Shown: one piece after another, positions 28,063 to 37,439 of the stretch | How positions within the stretch are numbered: position 1 is the stretch's first letter | Layout: the number at the start of each line of letters is the position of its first letter | Assembly (NCBI GenBank): GCA_049324535.1 | Contig: JBMOOG010000020.1 | Span: 287-64,286, forward strand | Length of the DNA: 64,000 bases | Origin: Pseudomonadota bacterium | Lineage (GTDB): Bacteria; Pseudomonadota; Alphaproteobacteria; Rhodobacterales; Rhodobacteraceae | Direction: 5' to 3' | Translations under genes and position numbers: made by a program | Notes under the pieces: model-generated | What the model was told of the DNA's origin: nothing | Database searches by the model: none | The model's input: the letters and a program-made list of their open reading frames with translations, nothing else

Positions 28063-28284
28063 ATGGGTTGCGAAGCCGGAATTGCGAAGACCGAGACGGG
28101 CGATGCGCTTCAGCGCTGGCTTGCGCAGGAGGGCCTGCCGCTGCCGCCGGACCTGTCGGACCCCGATGGTCGGGCGGACGATTCCTTCGAGGAGGAGTGC
28201 TGGCCATCGGGATGGTGGATCCTGCCGATGCTCGCCGCCGCCGCCCCGGTCTGGACGATGCTGGGCTGGTGGATCCTCGGCTGA
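28063..28284 (+). CDS. Small hypothetical protein with Trp-rich C-terminal TM segment
   Basis: 73 aa with normal, acidic composition. AGGGAG SD 7 nt upstream of the ATG. C-terminus is WWILPMLAAAAPVWTMLGWWILG. Confidence 0.45.
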   Translation: MGCEAGIAKTETGDALQRWLAQEGLPLPPDLSDPDGRADDSFEEECWPSGWWILPMLAAAAPVWTMLGWWILG

Positions 28285-28377
28285 CGGATCGGCCAGCGAC
28301 CCCTACCCGGTCATCCCGGCCTTCCGCCATCCGGCCCCGACCCCGCCTGCCGCAGCGCCCGCCGCAGCGCCCGGGTT

Positions 28378-29700
28378 TCAGCGCGCCAGCACCAGCTCGG
28401 CCTTCAGCCCGCCGAGATCGGCCGACTCGCCAAGCCGCAGCGTGCCCCCGTGGCTGCGCGCGATGTCGGCGGCGATCGTCAGCCCGAGCCCGACGCCCGA
28501 GCCGCGGTTCTGGTTGCGCGCCGCATCGAGCCGGGTGAAGGGGCGAATGGCCTCGTCCCGGCGCTCGCGCGGAATGCCCGGCCCGTCGTCCTCGACCGAG
28601 AATCGCAGCGCCCGTTCCAGCACCGTCACCGTAAGCCGGGCACGCCGGCCATAGCGCACCGCGTTGCCGACCAGATTGTCCAGCGCGCGACGCATGGCAT
28701 GCGGCCGGATCCGCACCCGGACCGGACCGCCCTCGACGGCCAGCGTCACGTCATGGCCCATCCGCTGGAAGTCGGCCACAAGGCTGCGGCAGAGCTCGGC
28801 CGGATCCACGTCCTCGGGCGGCTCGTCCTCGGCGTCGTCGCGCGCAAAGGCGAGGAATGCGTCGACCAGTCGCTGCATCTCGTCCACATCGCGGGTCAGC
28901 GCGCTCGTCTCGTCGTCCTCGGGCAGCATGGACAGGCCGAGCCGCAGCCGCGTGAGGGGCGTGCGCAGGTCATGGCTCACCCCCGACAGCATCAGCGTGC
29001 GGCTCTCGCGCTGCCGGTCGATCCGGCCCCGCATGTCGAGAAAGGCGTTGCCCGCGACCCGCACCTCGGTGGCACCGCTCGGGCGATAGGGCACGACCTC
29101 GCCACGCCCGAAGGCCTCGGCCGCCCGCGCCAGCCGCTGGATCGGACGCAGCTGGTTGCGCAGGAAGAGGAAGGCGATCAGCGTCATCAGCAGGCTGGTC
29201 GCAGCCATCACCACCAGAAGCTGGTGCGGATTGCTGGCCGAGACCCGCCGCCGGTCGAAGGTGACCGTCATCAGGCCGAAGCGGCTGTTCAAGCCGATCG
29301 CCACCTGCCGCCCGCCCGCCAGATTGACCCGGTCGAGCGCCGGCAGCCCGTCGCGCAGGGTCTCGATCAGCACCCGGCCCGACAGGTCGTAGAACGCCCG
29401 TCCCTCGTCCTGCGGCAGCCGCGGCGCCGGAAGCTCGAGCCCGAGGTCGAGCGCCGCCGCCACCGGGCTGGCGGCCGCCCGGGCCGCGTCGATGCCGGCC
29501 GCGCCATCGACCGTCGCCAGCACATAGGCGATGTCGATCACCAGGCTGCGCGTCATCTGGCGCGTGACATCCTCGTAGTGGCGCTGGATGAAGACCAGCG
29601 ACACGACGAGCTGGATGGTCACCACCGGCAGCACCAGGATGAGCGCCGCCCGGCCGTAGAGGCCGCGGGGCATGAGATGCTTGAGCCAGGCGAAGGACAT
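28378..29700 (-). CDS. EnvZ-like sensor histidine kinase (2 TM, HAMP, HisKA, HATPase), no adjacent response regulator
   Basis: H-box SGVSHDLRTPLTRL. N/G boxes (NLVGNAVRYG, EDDGPGIP, GSGVGLGLTIA). Confidence 0.85.
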   Translation of the reverse strand: MSFAWLKHLMPRGLYGRAALILVLPVVTIQLVVSLVFIQRHYEDVTRQMTRSLVIDIAYVLATVDGAAGIDAARAAASPVAAALDLGLELPAPRLPQDEGRAFYDLSGRVLIETLRDGLPALDRVNLAGGRQVAIGLNSRFGLMTVTFDRRRVSASNPHQLLVVMAATSLLMTLIAFLFLRNQLRPIQRLARAAEAFGRGEVVPYRPSGATEVRVAGNAFLDMRGRIDRQRESRTLMLSGVSHDLRTPLTRLRLGLSMLPEDDETSALTRDVDEMQRLVDAFLAFARDDAEDEPPEDVDPAELCRSLVADFQRMGHDVTLAVEGGPVRVRIRPHAMRRALDNLVGNAVRYGRRARLTVTVLERALRFSVEDDGPGIPRERRDEAIRPFTRLDAARNQNRGSGVGLGLTIAADIARSHGGTLRLGESADLGGLKAELVLAR

Positions 29701-29742
29701 GGTGCAAAGCTAGCGCCGGAGGGGCCGATAAGGAAGGGAGCC

Positions 29743-30642
29743 ATGCCGCCGAAACCGGAGCCCGTACCGGTCCTCAGACCCGCGCGCGGGCTGCGCGTCC
29801 TCGTCGCCCCCAATCCCTCGCCCCTGACCGCCGAGGGGACCAACACCTACATCCTCGGCGACGGCGCGGTTGCGGTGATCGATCCGGGCCCCGCCTCGGC
29901 CGCGCATCTCGAGGCGATCCTCGCCGCACTCGACGCCGGCGAGCGGGTGAGCCACATCCTCGTCACCCATTCCCACCTCGACCACAGCCCGCTTGCCCGG
30001 CCCCTGTCGCGGCGCACCGGCGCCCCCGTGCTGGCCTTCGGCCCGAGTACCGCCGGCCGGTCTGCGCGGATGGAGCGTCTCGCCGCCGAGGGCAGCCTCG
30101 GCGGGGCCGAGGGCGTCGATTCCGACTTCGTTCCCGACATCGCGCTGGCCGACCGCAGCGTCGTCGAGGGCCCCGGCTGGCGGATCGAGGCCATCCACAC
30201 CCCCGGGCATCTCGGCAATCACCTGTGCCTGGCCTGGGGCGAGGATCTCTTTTCGGGGGACCACGTCATGGGCTGGTCCACCACGCTGGTCTCGCCCCCC
30301 GACGGCGACATGGGCGCCTACATGCGCTCGCTCGACCGCCTCGCGGCGCGCGCGCCGCGCCGGCTCTGGCCGGGGCACGGGGCGCCGGTCGCGAACGGCA
30401 CGGCCCGCATCCGCGAGCTCATCGCCCACCGCCGCGCCCGCGAGGCGGCGATCCTCGGCGAACTCGGCCGCGGCCCGGCCACCGCGGCCGAACTCGCCGC
30501 CCGCCTCTACCGCGACACCCCGCCCCCGCTTCTCGGCGCCGCAACCCGCAACGTCCTCGCGCATCTCCTTGATCTGGAAGAGAGAAGCCTGATCCTCCCC
30601 GGACCGGGCCCCCGGGCCGCGGCGGCCTTCCACCGCCGCTAG
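29743..30642 (+). CDS. MBL-fold metallo-hydrolase
   Basis: ILVTHSHLDHS (HxHxDH), TPGH, GDHV. Start at ATG 29743 inside track ORF 28450..30642. Confidence 0.85.
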   Translation: MPPKPEPVPVLRPARGLRVLVAPNPSPLTAEGTNTYILGDGAVAVIDPGPASAAHLEAILAALDAGERVSHILVTHSHLDHSPLARPLSRRTGAPVLAFGPSTAGRSARMERLAAEGSLGGAEGVDSDFVPDIALADRSVVEGPGWRIEAIHTPGHLGNHLCLAWGEDLFSGDHVMGWSTTLVSPPDGDMGAYMRSLDRLAARAPRRLWPGHGAPVANGTARIRELIAHRRAREAAILGELGRGPATAAELAARLYRDTPPPLLGAATRNVLAHLLDLEERSLILPGPGPRAAAAFHRR

Positions 30643-30724
30643 CCACCGCCGCCACCCACGACCGCGCCCCAGCGCGATACCCTCTGGACGCCCCCCGAAT
30701 CCGTTGCTATACGGCCCCCGGTGT

Positions 30725-30799
30725 TCCGGCGTAGCTCAGCGGTAGAGCAGTTGACTGTTAATCAATTGGTCGTAGGTTCGATCCCTACCGCCGGAGCCA
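30725..30799 (+). tRNA. tRNA-Asn (anticodon GUU)
   Basis: Manual cloverleaf: acceptor TCCGGCG/CGCCGGA, anticodon stem GTTGA/TCAAT with loop CTGTTAA, T arm GTAGG-TTCGATC-CCTAC, CCA encoded. Confidence 0.9.
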
Positions 30800-31120
30800 G
30801 AAATCCCTACCGAAACGGGTTCGTAGCGGAGGTCCATAGACCTCGCTGAGCGCTGCTTTCGGTGTCCGTTAGGCACACGGGCCGCGGATGTCGCGGGTCG
30901 TTGACTCGCACAGCAAGACACCGCGCGCGCCGCCCCGCGAGGATCCCAGCCCCCTCGGCGATCGGTGTCATCACCAAGGCCGCACTCGGATCGGGGTGAC
31001 CTCCGGCCCGCTGAAGGACCGGCGCCCTGTGGCTGCCCGTCGCGTCCGGCGCCCGACGCTCCCCTCTCCGATTCCGCCGCGGCCGCCGCGTTCGGGCGTC
31101 GGCGACGCTCGGTCCCGGCC

Positions 31121-32143
31121 CTACCGGCCGCGGGTCAGCACCATCGGCACCAGCACCATCAGGATCGCGATCCGGGCAAGGTGATGCACGGCGATGAAGG
31201 CCGGGTCGTAGCCGAGGGCGAGACCGACGGCGGCCATGGCCTCGACGCCGCCGGGGGCGAAGGCGACCCAGAGCTGCGCGAAGGGAATCGCGGTAAGCCC
31301 CGCGACGAGCGCGGCGAAGAGCATCGCGACGCCGGCCGAAACCGTCCCCGCCATCACCGTCGCCAGAAGGTTGCGCCCCAGCGCCGAGGGCGAGAGGCCC
31401 GAAAACCGGGTGCCGATCACCGTGCCGGTGACGGTGAAGGCCGCAAAGAGCGCCCAGCCCGGCAAGAGCCCCGCGACGAGGCCGGTGGCATGGGCGACGC
31501 CGCTGGCGGCAAAGCCTCCGATCAGCCAGGCCGCCGGCACGCCGGCCCGTCCGAGGACGGCCGCCGCGCCCGCCGCAACGATAGCCAGCGCCGCCAGCGG
31601 CACCGGCGCCATCGCCGCCCGGGCCGGCAGCACCGGCGGGGCCTCCGCCAGGAGCTGCACCGCCACCGGCACCACCGAGGCGAGGATCAGCAGCCGCATG
31701 GACTGGACCACCAGAACGGCGGTCACGTCGGCCTTGCGTTCCTCGGCGATGGCCAGCGCATAGGACATGGTCCCCGGGCTCGCGGACAGGATCGCGGTCG
31801 TCCGGTCCTGCCCCGCCACGCGGCGCAGCATCGCCGCCCCGGCCAGAAGCGTCGCCAGAAGCGACAGCGCCAGCATCGCGAGGCTCAGCGCCCAGTGCGA
31901 GAGGTCGTCGAGGATCCCGGTGTCCACCCCGCTGCCAAGCGACAGGCCGATGGCGAGGAACCCGAGGTTGCGCAGCGCGACCGGCATCGTGAGGCGCATC
32001 CCTGCCCAGGCCGCGGCCGAGACCGCGAGGCTGGCCCCGATCAGCGGCGCCGCCGGCAGGCCCGCGACCCTGGCGAGGGAAGCCCCGGCCAGCCCGATCA
32101 GGACCGCCCGGAGCACGGGATGCGGGCCGCCGGACGCGCTCAT
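31121..32143 (-). CDS. AbrB-family (AbrB_dup / 'putative ammonia monooxygenase') integral membrane protein
   Basis: A 340-aa polytopic protein with internal duplication. The ATG at 32143 overlaps the tctA stop (ATGA). Confidence 0.65.
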   Translation of the reverse strand: MSASGGPHPVLRAVLIGLAGASLARVAGLPAAPLIGASLAVSAAAWAGMRLTMPVALRNLGFLAIGLSLGSGVDTGILDDLSHWALSLAMLALSLLATLLAGAAMLRRVAGQDRTTAILSASPGTMSYALAIAEERKADVTAVLVVQSMRLLILASVVPVAVQLLAEAPPVLPARAAMAPVPLAALAIVAAGAAAVLGRAGVPAAWLIGGFAASGVAHATGLVAGLLPGWALFAAFTVTGTVIGTRFSGLSPSALGRNLLATVMAGTVSAGVAMLFAALVAGLTAIPFAQLWVAFAPGGVEAMAAVGLALGYDPAFIAVHHLARIAILMVLVPMVLTRGR

Positions 32144-33657
32144 TCGTCGTCGGCCACCGCGGAGGCCATCCGCTTCCGGCGTGCGAGCCACCAGGGCACG
32201 ACGACGACGACGACCGCCAGGACATAGAGCAGGATGCCCTTCCAGGTCGACAGCAGGATGCCCCAGTCACCCCCGGAAATCGACAGGGCCCGCCGCAGGT
32301 TGTCCTCGAAGAGCCGCCCGAGGACGAAGCCGAGGATGACCGGCGCCAGCGAGAAGTCGAGCTTGCGCAACAGCCAGCCGAAGGCCCCGAGCGCCACGAT
32401 CATGTAGAGGTCGAACGGGTTGCCGACGATGGTGTAGATCCCGATGAAGGCAAGGATCGCGATCAGCGGCGTCAGGTAGTGCTGCGGGATGGTGAGCAGC
32501 CGGGCGAAGAGCCCGACGAGCGGCAGGTTGATGACCAGAAGCGCCACGTTGCCGATGTACATCGAGGCGATGAGCCCCCAGGCGATCTCGGGGCGCTGGG
32601 AAAACAGAAGCGGCCCGGGCGTCACGTTGAACATCAGAAGCGCGCCCAGAAGGATCGCCGTGGTGCCGGACCCCGGGATGCCGAGCGTCAGCATCGGCAC
32701 CATCGCGCCGCCGGCCGAGGCGTTGTTGGCGGTCTCGGGCGCGGCCAGTCCCCGGCGGTCGCCCTTGCCGAACATCGTGTCATCGGGCGCGGCGATCCGC
32801 TTTTCCACGCCGTAGCTGACCGCCGAGGCGACCGAGGCGCCGGTGCCCGGCAGCACGCCCACGATGAAGCCGATCAGCGACGACCGCAGCAGGGTCCAGC
32901 GCACGTAGACGAGATCGGCCCAGGAGATGAAAGTCTTGTCGACGGGAATGGTCTTCATGATTCCCTTGGCCTGCTGCTCGACCAGATGGAACAGCTCGGC
33001 CATGCCGAAAAGCCCGATGACCACGATCAGGAAGTCGATCCCGGCCAGCAGGTCGGGGATCCCGAAGGTGTAGCGCATGACGCCGGTGTTGCTGTCCACG
33101 CCGATGGTCGCCAGCATCAGGCCGAGAAGGGCGCCGATCAGGGTCTTGACCGGGTTCGCGCCGACGAGCGACGCCAGCGTCGCGAAGGCAAAGACCATCA
33201 GCGCGACATAGTCCGACGGCTGGAACCCCACGCCGAACTGCGCGAGAAGCGGCCCGAACAGGGTCATCAGCACCACCGCGACCGTGCCGCCGATGAACGA
33301 GGCGACGGCCGAGAGCGACAGCGCCTTGCCGGCCTGCCCGTTCCTGGCCATCGGGTTGCCGTCCAGCGTGGTCATCACCGCCCCCGCGTCCCCCGGCACA
33401 TTGAGCAGGATCGAGGAGATGCGGCCGCCGAACTCGGCGCCGTAATAGATGCCCGCCAGAAGGATCAGCGCCGATTCCGGCGGGAAGCCCAGCGAATAGG
33501 CGATGGGCAGCAGGATCGCCACGCCGTTGATCGGGCCGATGCCCGGCAGCGCGCCGATCAGCGTGCCGAAGAAGCAGCCGAACATCACAAGCATCAGGTT
33601 GAAGGGCTGCAGGGCAACGGAAAATCCGGTGCCAAGGCCGGAAAGGATCTCGGTCAT
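32140..33657 (-). CDS. tctA: Tripartite tricarboxylate transporter large permease TctA
   Basis: A 505-aa polytopic TctA-family sequence downstream of tctC and tctB. Confidence 0.88.
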   Translation of the reverse strand: MTEILSGLGTGFSVALQPFNLMLVMFGCFFGTLIGALPGIGPINGVAILLPIAYSLGFPPESALILLAGIYYGAEFGGRISSILLNVPGDAGAVMTTLDGNPMARNGQAGKALSLSAVASFIGGTVAVVLMTLFGPLLAQFGVGFQPSDYVALMVFAFATLASLVGANPVKTLIGALLGLMLATIGVDSNTGVMRYTFGIPDLLAGIDFLIVVIGLFGMAELFHLVEQQAKGIMKTIPVDKTFISWADLVYVRWTLLRSSLIGFIVGVLPGTGASVASAVSYGVEKRIAAPDDTMFGKGDRRGLAAPETANNASAGGAMVPMLTLGIPGSGTTAILLGALLMFNVTPGPLLFSQRPEIAWGLIASMYIGNVALLVINLPLVGLFARLLTIPQHYLTPLIAILAFIGIYTIVGNPFDLYMIVALGAFGWLLRKLDFSLAPVILGFVLGRLFEDNLRRALSISGGDWGILLSTWKGILLYVLAVVVVVVPWWLARRKRMASAVADDE

Positions 33658-33669
33658 CGCGGGTCTCCG

Positions 33670-34107
33670 TCAGAATCCGGGAAGGGGGCCGTCGGGCAGG
33701 TTGAGGTCGAGAAGCCCGGCGCCAAGCAGGTAGCCGCCGACACCGACGCCAAGGCCGAAGAGCCCGGCCCGGAGCCAGCTCGCCCCGAGCATCCGCGCCA
33801 TCAGGAGCCCGAAGAGCAGGGTCGAGAGGATGAAGCCCAGCGGCTGGTAGAGCCGGGCATAGGCCAGCAGAAGCACCACCGTCGCCGCAAGACGGCCCAG
33901 CGACGACCGCACCACGTCGAACGGCGCCCGGTCGGGCTTCCAGAGAAGGAGGGCGAGGCACAGGAGCATCACCACGGCCAGAAGCCGCGGCCAGCTTTCC
34001 GGGCCGAGCGGGTCATACTGGAACGGCGCCTTGATGGCGGTCGCGGCGATCCAGAGATAGATCAGCGTGACGACCGCAAGCACCGACGCGAAAATTCTGT
34101 CGGACAT
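33670..34107 (-). CDS. tctB: Tripartite tricarboxylate transporter small subunit TctB
   Basis: A 145-aa 4-TM protein between tctC and tctA. Confidence 0.8.
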   Translation of the reverse strand: MSDRIFASVLAVVTLIYLWIAATAIKAPFQYDPLGPESWPRLLAVVMLLCLALLLWKPDRAPFDVVRSSLGRLAATVVLLLAYARLYQPLGFILSTLLFGLLMARMLGASWLRAGLFGLGVGVGGYLLGAGLLDLNLPDGPLPGF

Positions 34108-34210
34108 GGGGATTTCCCTCGTCTGGGCCGAACGCCGGCGCCTGCGGGCCGGCGGAGGAAGGGGGCGGAGAAGGGCCCCGGACGACGGGCGTCCGGGGCC
34201 GCGGGTCGGA

Positions 34211-35182
34211 TCAGCCGCCCGGCATCAGCCCGGCTTCGACCGCCAGCGCCTTCAGCGTGTCGGCCTGGGCGCGGACCGCCGCGTCAAAGTCGGCGCCGGC
34301 CTTGGGCAGCGGGAACAGTCCCTTTTCCTGCTGCACCTTCTGGAAGTTCGGGTCGGCATAGGCCGCCTGGAACATCTCGACCCACTTGTCGTAGTCGGCC
34401 TGATCGACGTTCTTGCCCAGGTAGTAGCCGCGCATGATCGGCCAGACCGCGTCGTAGCCCTGCTCCCTGGCGGTCGGCACGTCGGCATAGGGCGCGGGAA
34501 GGCGTTCCTCGGAGAGCGACGCCAGGATGCGCAGGCTGCCGTCCATATGGGCCGCCATCTCGGCCATGTCGCCGGTGTAGACCTGGATCGCACCGCCCAA
34601 GAGACCGGCCAGCGCCTCGCCGCCGCCGTCGAAGGCCGCGTAGCGCATCGCCTTGGGGTCGGCGCCGCCGGCCTTGGCGATCAGCGCGGCCTTCATCCAG
34701 TCCTGCGAACCGACCGATCCGCCCGCACCCAGCACCACGCTGCCGGGGCCGGCCTTGATCGCGGCGACGAGGTCATCGAGCGTCTTGAACGGGCTGTCGG
34801 CCTTCACGATGACCGCGCCGTAGTCGACGCCCGCGCCGGCCAGCCAGCGCGCGTCGTCCAGCGTGTAGGGGCCGTATTTGCCGACCAGAAGGTTCAGGAT
34901 CGAGCCGGTCGAGAAGGCCACGATCGCGTTCGGGTCGTCGGTGCGGTTGGTGTTGAACTCGTTGAAGGCGACGGCGCCGATGCCGCCGGGCATGAAGGTG
35001 ACCTCCATCGGCCCCGGCAGCTCAGCGGTCATGCCGGTCTGCGCGACGCGGCAGGTCAGGTCGAAGCCGCCGCCCGGCTGGGCGGGTGCCACGCATTCGG
35101 GCTTCGTGATCTCGGCCGAGGCCGCGGTGGCAAGGCCGAGGCCCGCGGTGGCAGCAAGAATGAGACGGGTGAGTTTCGACAT
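34211..35182 (-). CDS. tctC: Tripartite tricarboxylate transporter substrate-binding protein TctC (Bug family)
   Basis: Signal peptide followed by a Bug/TctC-like 323-aa sequence. First gene of the tctCBA order. Confidence 0.85.
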   Translation of the reverse strand: MSKLTRLILAATAGLGLATAASAEITKPECVAPAQPGGGFDLTCRVAQTGMTAELPGPMEVTFMPGGIGAVAFNEFNTNRTDDPNAIVAFSTGSILNLLVGKYGPYTLDDARWLAGAGVDYGAVIVKADSPFKTLDDLVAAIKAGPGSVVLGAGGSVGSQDWMKAALIAKAGGADPKAMRYAAFDGGGEALAGLLGGAIQVYTGDMAEMAAHMDGSLRILASLSEERLPAPYADVPTAREQGYDAVWPIMRGYYLGKNVDQADYDKWVEMFQAAYADPNFQKVQQEKGLFPLPKAGADFDAAVRAQADTLKALAVEAGLMPGG

Positions 35183-35359
35183 CGATCGCGTCCTCCTCTA
35201 CGCGGATTTCCTGTCCGTGGCCGGGGCGCCGGAGCGCCGGGGCTGACCCTGCCTAGCCGCGAAAGCTGTCACGAAGCTTTCATCCGGCGCCGTCCGCGCC
35301 CATAATCCGGCCCCGGCTGCCCGGATTGCGGGCAGTCTGCGAACGGAGGCCCGCGAGCG

Positions 35360-36031
35360 GTGAGGATACTGGTCGTCGAAGATGCCGAGGACGTCGCCGA
35401 GGCGGTGGCGATCAGCTTCTCGCGCCGGGGCGATGCGGTGGACCGCGCCGGCTGCGTGGCCGATGCGCTCGCCTGTCTCGACGCGCAGGACTACGATCTC
35501 GCCATCCTCGACCTGGAACTCCCCGACGGCGACGGACACGCGGTGCTGCGCCGCATACGCGGGGCGCGCCAGCCCACGCTCGTGCTGATGCTGACGGCGC
35601 GCTCCGAGGTCGAGGAACGGGTCGCCGCGCTGGACGGCGGCGCCGACGACTATGTGACCAAGCCCTTCGACCTTCGGGAACTCCAGGCCCGGGTGCGCTC
35701 GCTCGTGCGCCGGGCGCAGGGGCAGACCGGCAGCGGCATCGACTACGGGCCGCTCAGCTTCGACCCGGTGCGCCAGACGGTCACGGTCGCCGGGCGGCCG
35801 CTGACGCTGACCCGCCGCGAATACGCGCTTCTGGATACGCTGCTGGCCCACCGCGGCTGGGTGGTGCCGAAGGAGCGCATCTTCGAGCGCATGTTCGGGT
35901 TCAACGACGAGGATGTCGGGCTGAACGCGGTCGAGATCCAGATGACCCGTCTTCGCAAGAAGCTCGAGGGCAGCGGCGTCGGCATCCGCACCCTGCGGGG
36001 GCTGGGCTACCAGCTGACGCTGGATGACTGA
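35360..36031 (+). CDS. tctD: OmpR-family response regulator TctD
   Basis: REC (ILVVEDAED...DLELPDGDG) plus a winged helix (LTRREYALLDTL...VEIQMTRLRKKL...RTLRGLGYQL). Divergent from tctCBA. GTG start. Confidence 0.85.
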   Translation: MRILVVEDAEDVAEAVAISFSRRGDAVDRAGCVADALACLDAQDYDLAILDLELPDGDGHAVLRRIRGARQPTLVLMLTARSEVEERVAALDGGADDYVTKPFDLRELQARVRSLVRRAQGQTGSGIDYGPLSFDPVRQTVTVAGRPLTLTRREYALLDTLLAHRGWVVPKERIFERMFGFNDEDVGLNAVEIQMTRLRKKLEGSGVGIRTLRGLGYQLTLDD

Positions 36032-37439
36032 CGCCGCGCCGCCCTCGCCCCGGCCCGCCCCGCCGGCCGGGACGCCGCTGCGCACCGCCATGTCGCTGAC
36101 GCGGCGGCTCGCGCTGCTGCTGGCGCTGTTCCTGCTGACCGGCGGCACGGTGATCGCGGTGCTGTCGTTTTCCTACGGCAAGCAGGCGGCCCAGCAGACC
36201 TTTGACCGGCTCATTCTGGGCGCGGCCAGCCAGATCGCGGATTCGATCAGCGTGCAGGACGGACGGATCGTGTCGGACCTGCCGGTGTCGGCCTTCGAGC
36301 TTCTGGCGCTCGCGCCCGATGACCGGGTGTTCTACGCCGTGCGCGGGCCCGACGGCGCGCTCATCACCGGCGACCCGCTGACCGCGCCCACGGGCCGCGG
36401 CACCCGGTTCTTCGACGGAACCGTGGGCGATGAGGCCGCCCGCTATGTCGCCGTGGACCGCATCTTCTCGGAACGCGCCTTCTCGGGGGTGGTGACGGTC
36501 ATCGTCGGCCAGACCGGACGCGCACGGTCGGAGCTTGCGGTCGAGATCACCCGCAACGCGCTGGCGGCCTCGGCCCTGGCGGGGGTGCTGTTCGTCGGCC
36601 TGTCGATCCTGATCGCCCGTTCCGCCCTGGGCCCCCTGCGCGACATCGAGGCGGCCCTTCGCGCGCGCACGCCGCAGGACGTGTCGCCGCTGGACCTGCC
36701 CGTCCCGCGCGAGATCGCCCGGCTGGTCGCCGCGCTCAACGGCTTCATGCAGCGGCTGGAACGCAACCTGTCGATGAACCGGCGCCTGATCGCCGATGCC
36801 TCGCACCAGATCCGCACGCCGATCGCGGCGCTGAGGGCGCAGGCGGAACTCGCGGCCGACGAGGATGACCCCGCGCGGCTGAAGCGGATCGCCGAGCGCA
36901 TCCACGCGCGCTCGATCGACCTGACGCGGCTGACCGAGCAGATGCTGTCGCGCGCGATGATCATCCACCGGGCCGACGCCGAGCCGCAGCTTCGGATCGA
37001 CCTGCGCGAAGTGGCGATGGACGCGGCCGAGGAGGTGGGCGACGCCCTGCCCGCCCGCCGCCGCGATCTGCGGCTGGACCTGCCGGACCAGCCGGTCCAG
37101 GCCATGGCTGATGCGCTCTCGCTGCGCGAGGCGACGAAGAATCTGGTGATGAACGCCCTGCAATACGGCAAGGCTCCGGTGCGCATCGCAGTGCGACAGG
37201 CGACGCCCGACCGGGCTGGCGACCCGGCGCCGGCCAGCGTGCTCGCGGTCCAGGACGCCGGCACCGGCCCCCTGCCCGATGCCGGCCCGCCGCGCCGCCA
37301 CGGGGCCGGGCTCGGGCTTCAGATCGTGCAGGCGGTCGTCCAGGCCCACGGCGGCGAGTTGCACAGGACCCGCAGCGCGGAAGGCTACGAGGTCGCCATG
37401 GCCCTGCCCGCCCCGCCCCGCGAAACGGAGACACTATGA
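36024..37439 (+). CDS. tctE: Sensor histidine kinase TctE
   Basis: 2 TM and H-box ADASHQIRTPIAAL. HATPase region (NLVMNALQYG ... GLGLQIV). Overlaps tctD by 8 nt. Confidence 0.82.
   Translation: MTDAAPPSPRPAPPAGTPLRTAMSLTRRLALLLALFLLTGGTVIAVLSFSYGKQAAQQTFDRLILGAASQIADSISVQDGRIVSDLPVSAFELLALAPDDRVFYAVRGPDGALITGDPLTAPTGRGTRFFDGTVGDEAARYVAVDRIFSERAFSGVVTVIVGQTGRARSELAVEITRNALAASALAGVLFVGLSILIARSALGPLRDIEAALRARTPQDVSPLDLPVPREIARLVAALNGFMQRLERNLSMNRRLIADASHQIRTPIAALRAQAELAADEDDPARLKRIAERIHARSIDLTRLTEQMLSRAMIIHRADAEPQLRIDLREVAMDAAEEVGDALPARRRDLRLDLPDQPVQAMADALSLREATKNLVMNALQYGKAPVRIAVRQATPDRAGDPAPASVLAVQDAGTGPLPDAGPPRRHGAGLGLQIVQAVVQAHGGELHRTRSAEGYEVAMALPAPPRETETL

Noticed and set aside
30725-32143. 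Genomic island integrated at tRNA-Asn.
   Set aside because: There is no integrase, no phage or conjugative genes and no GC shift in the following genes, which are part of a tct operon. Only a 10-nt echo of the tRNA arm remains, and it is reported separately as a low-interest scar.
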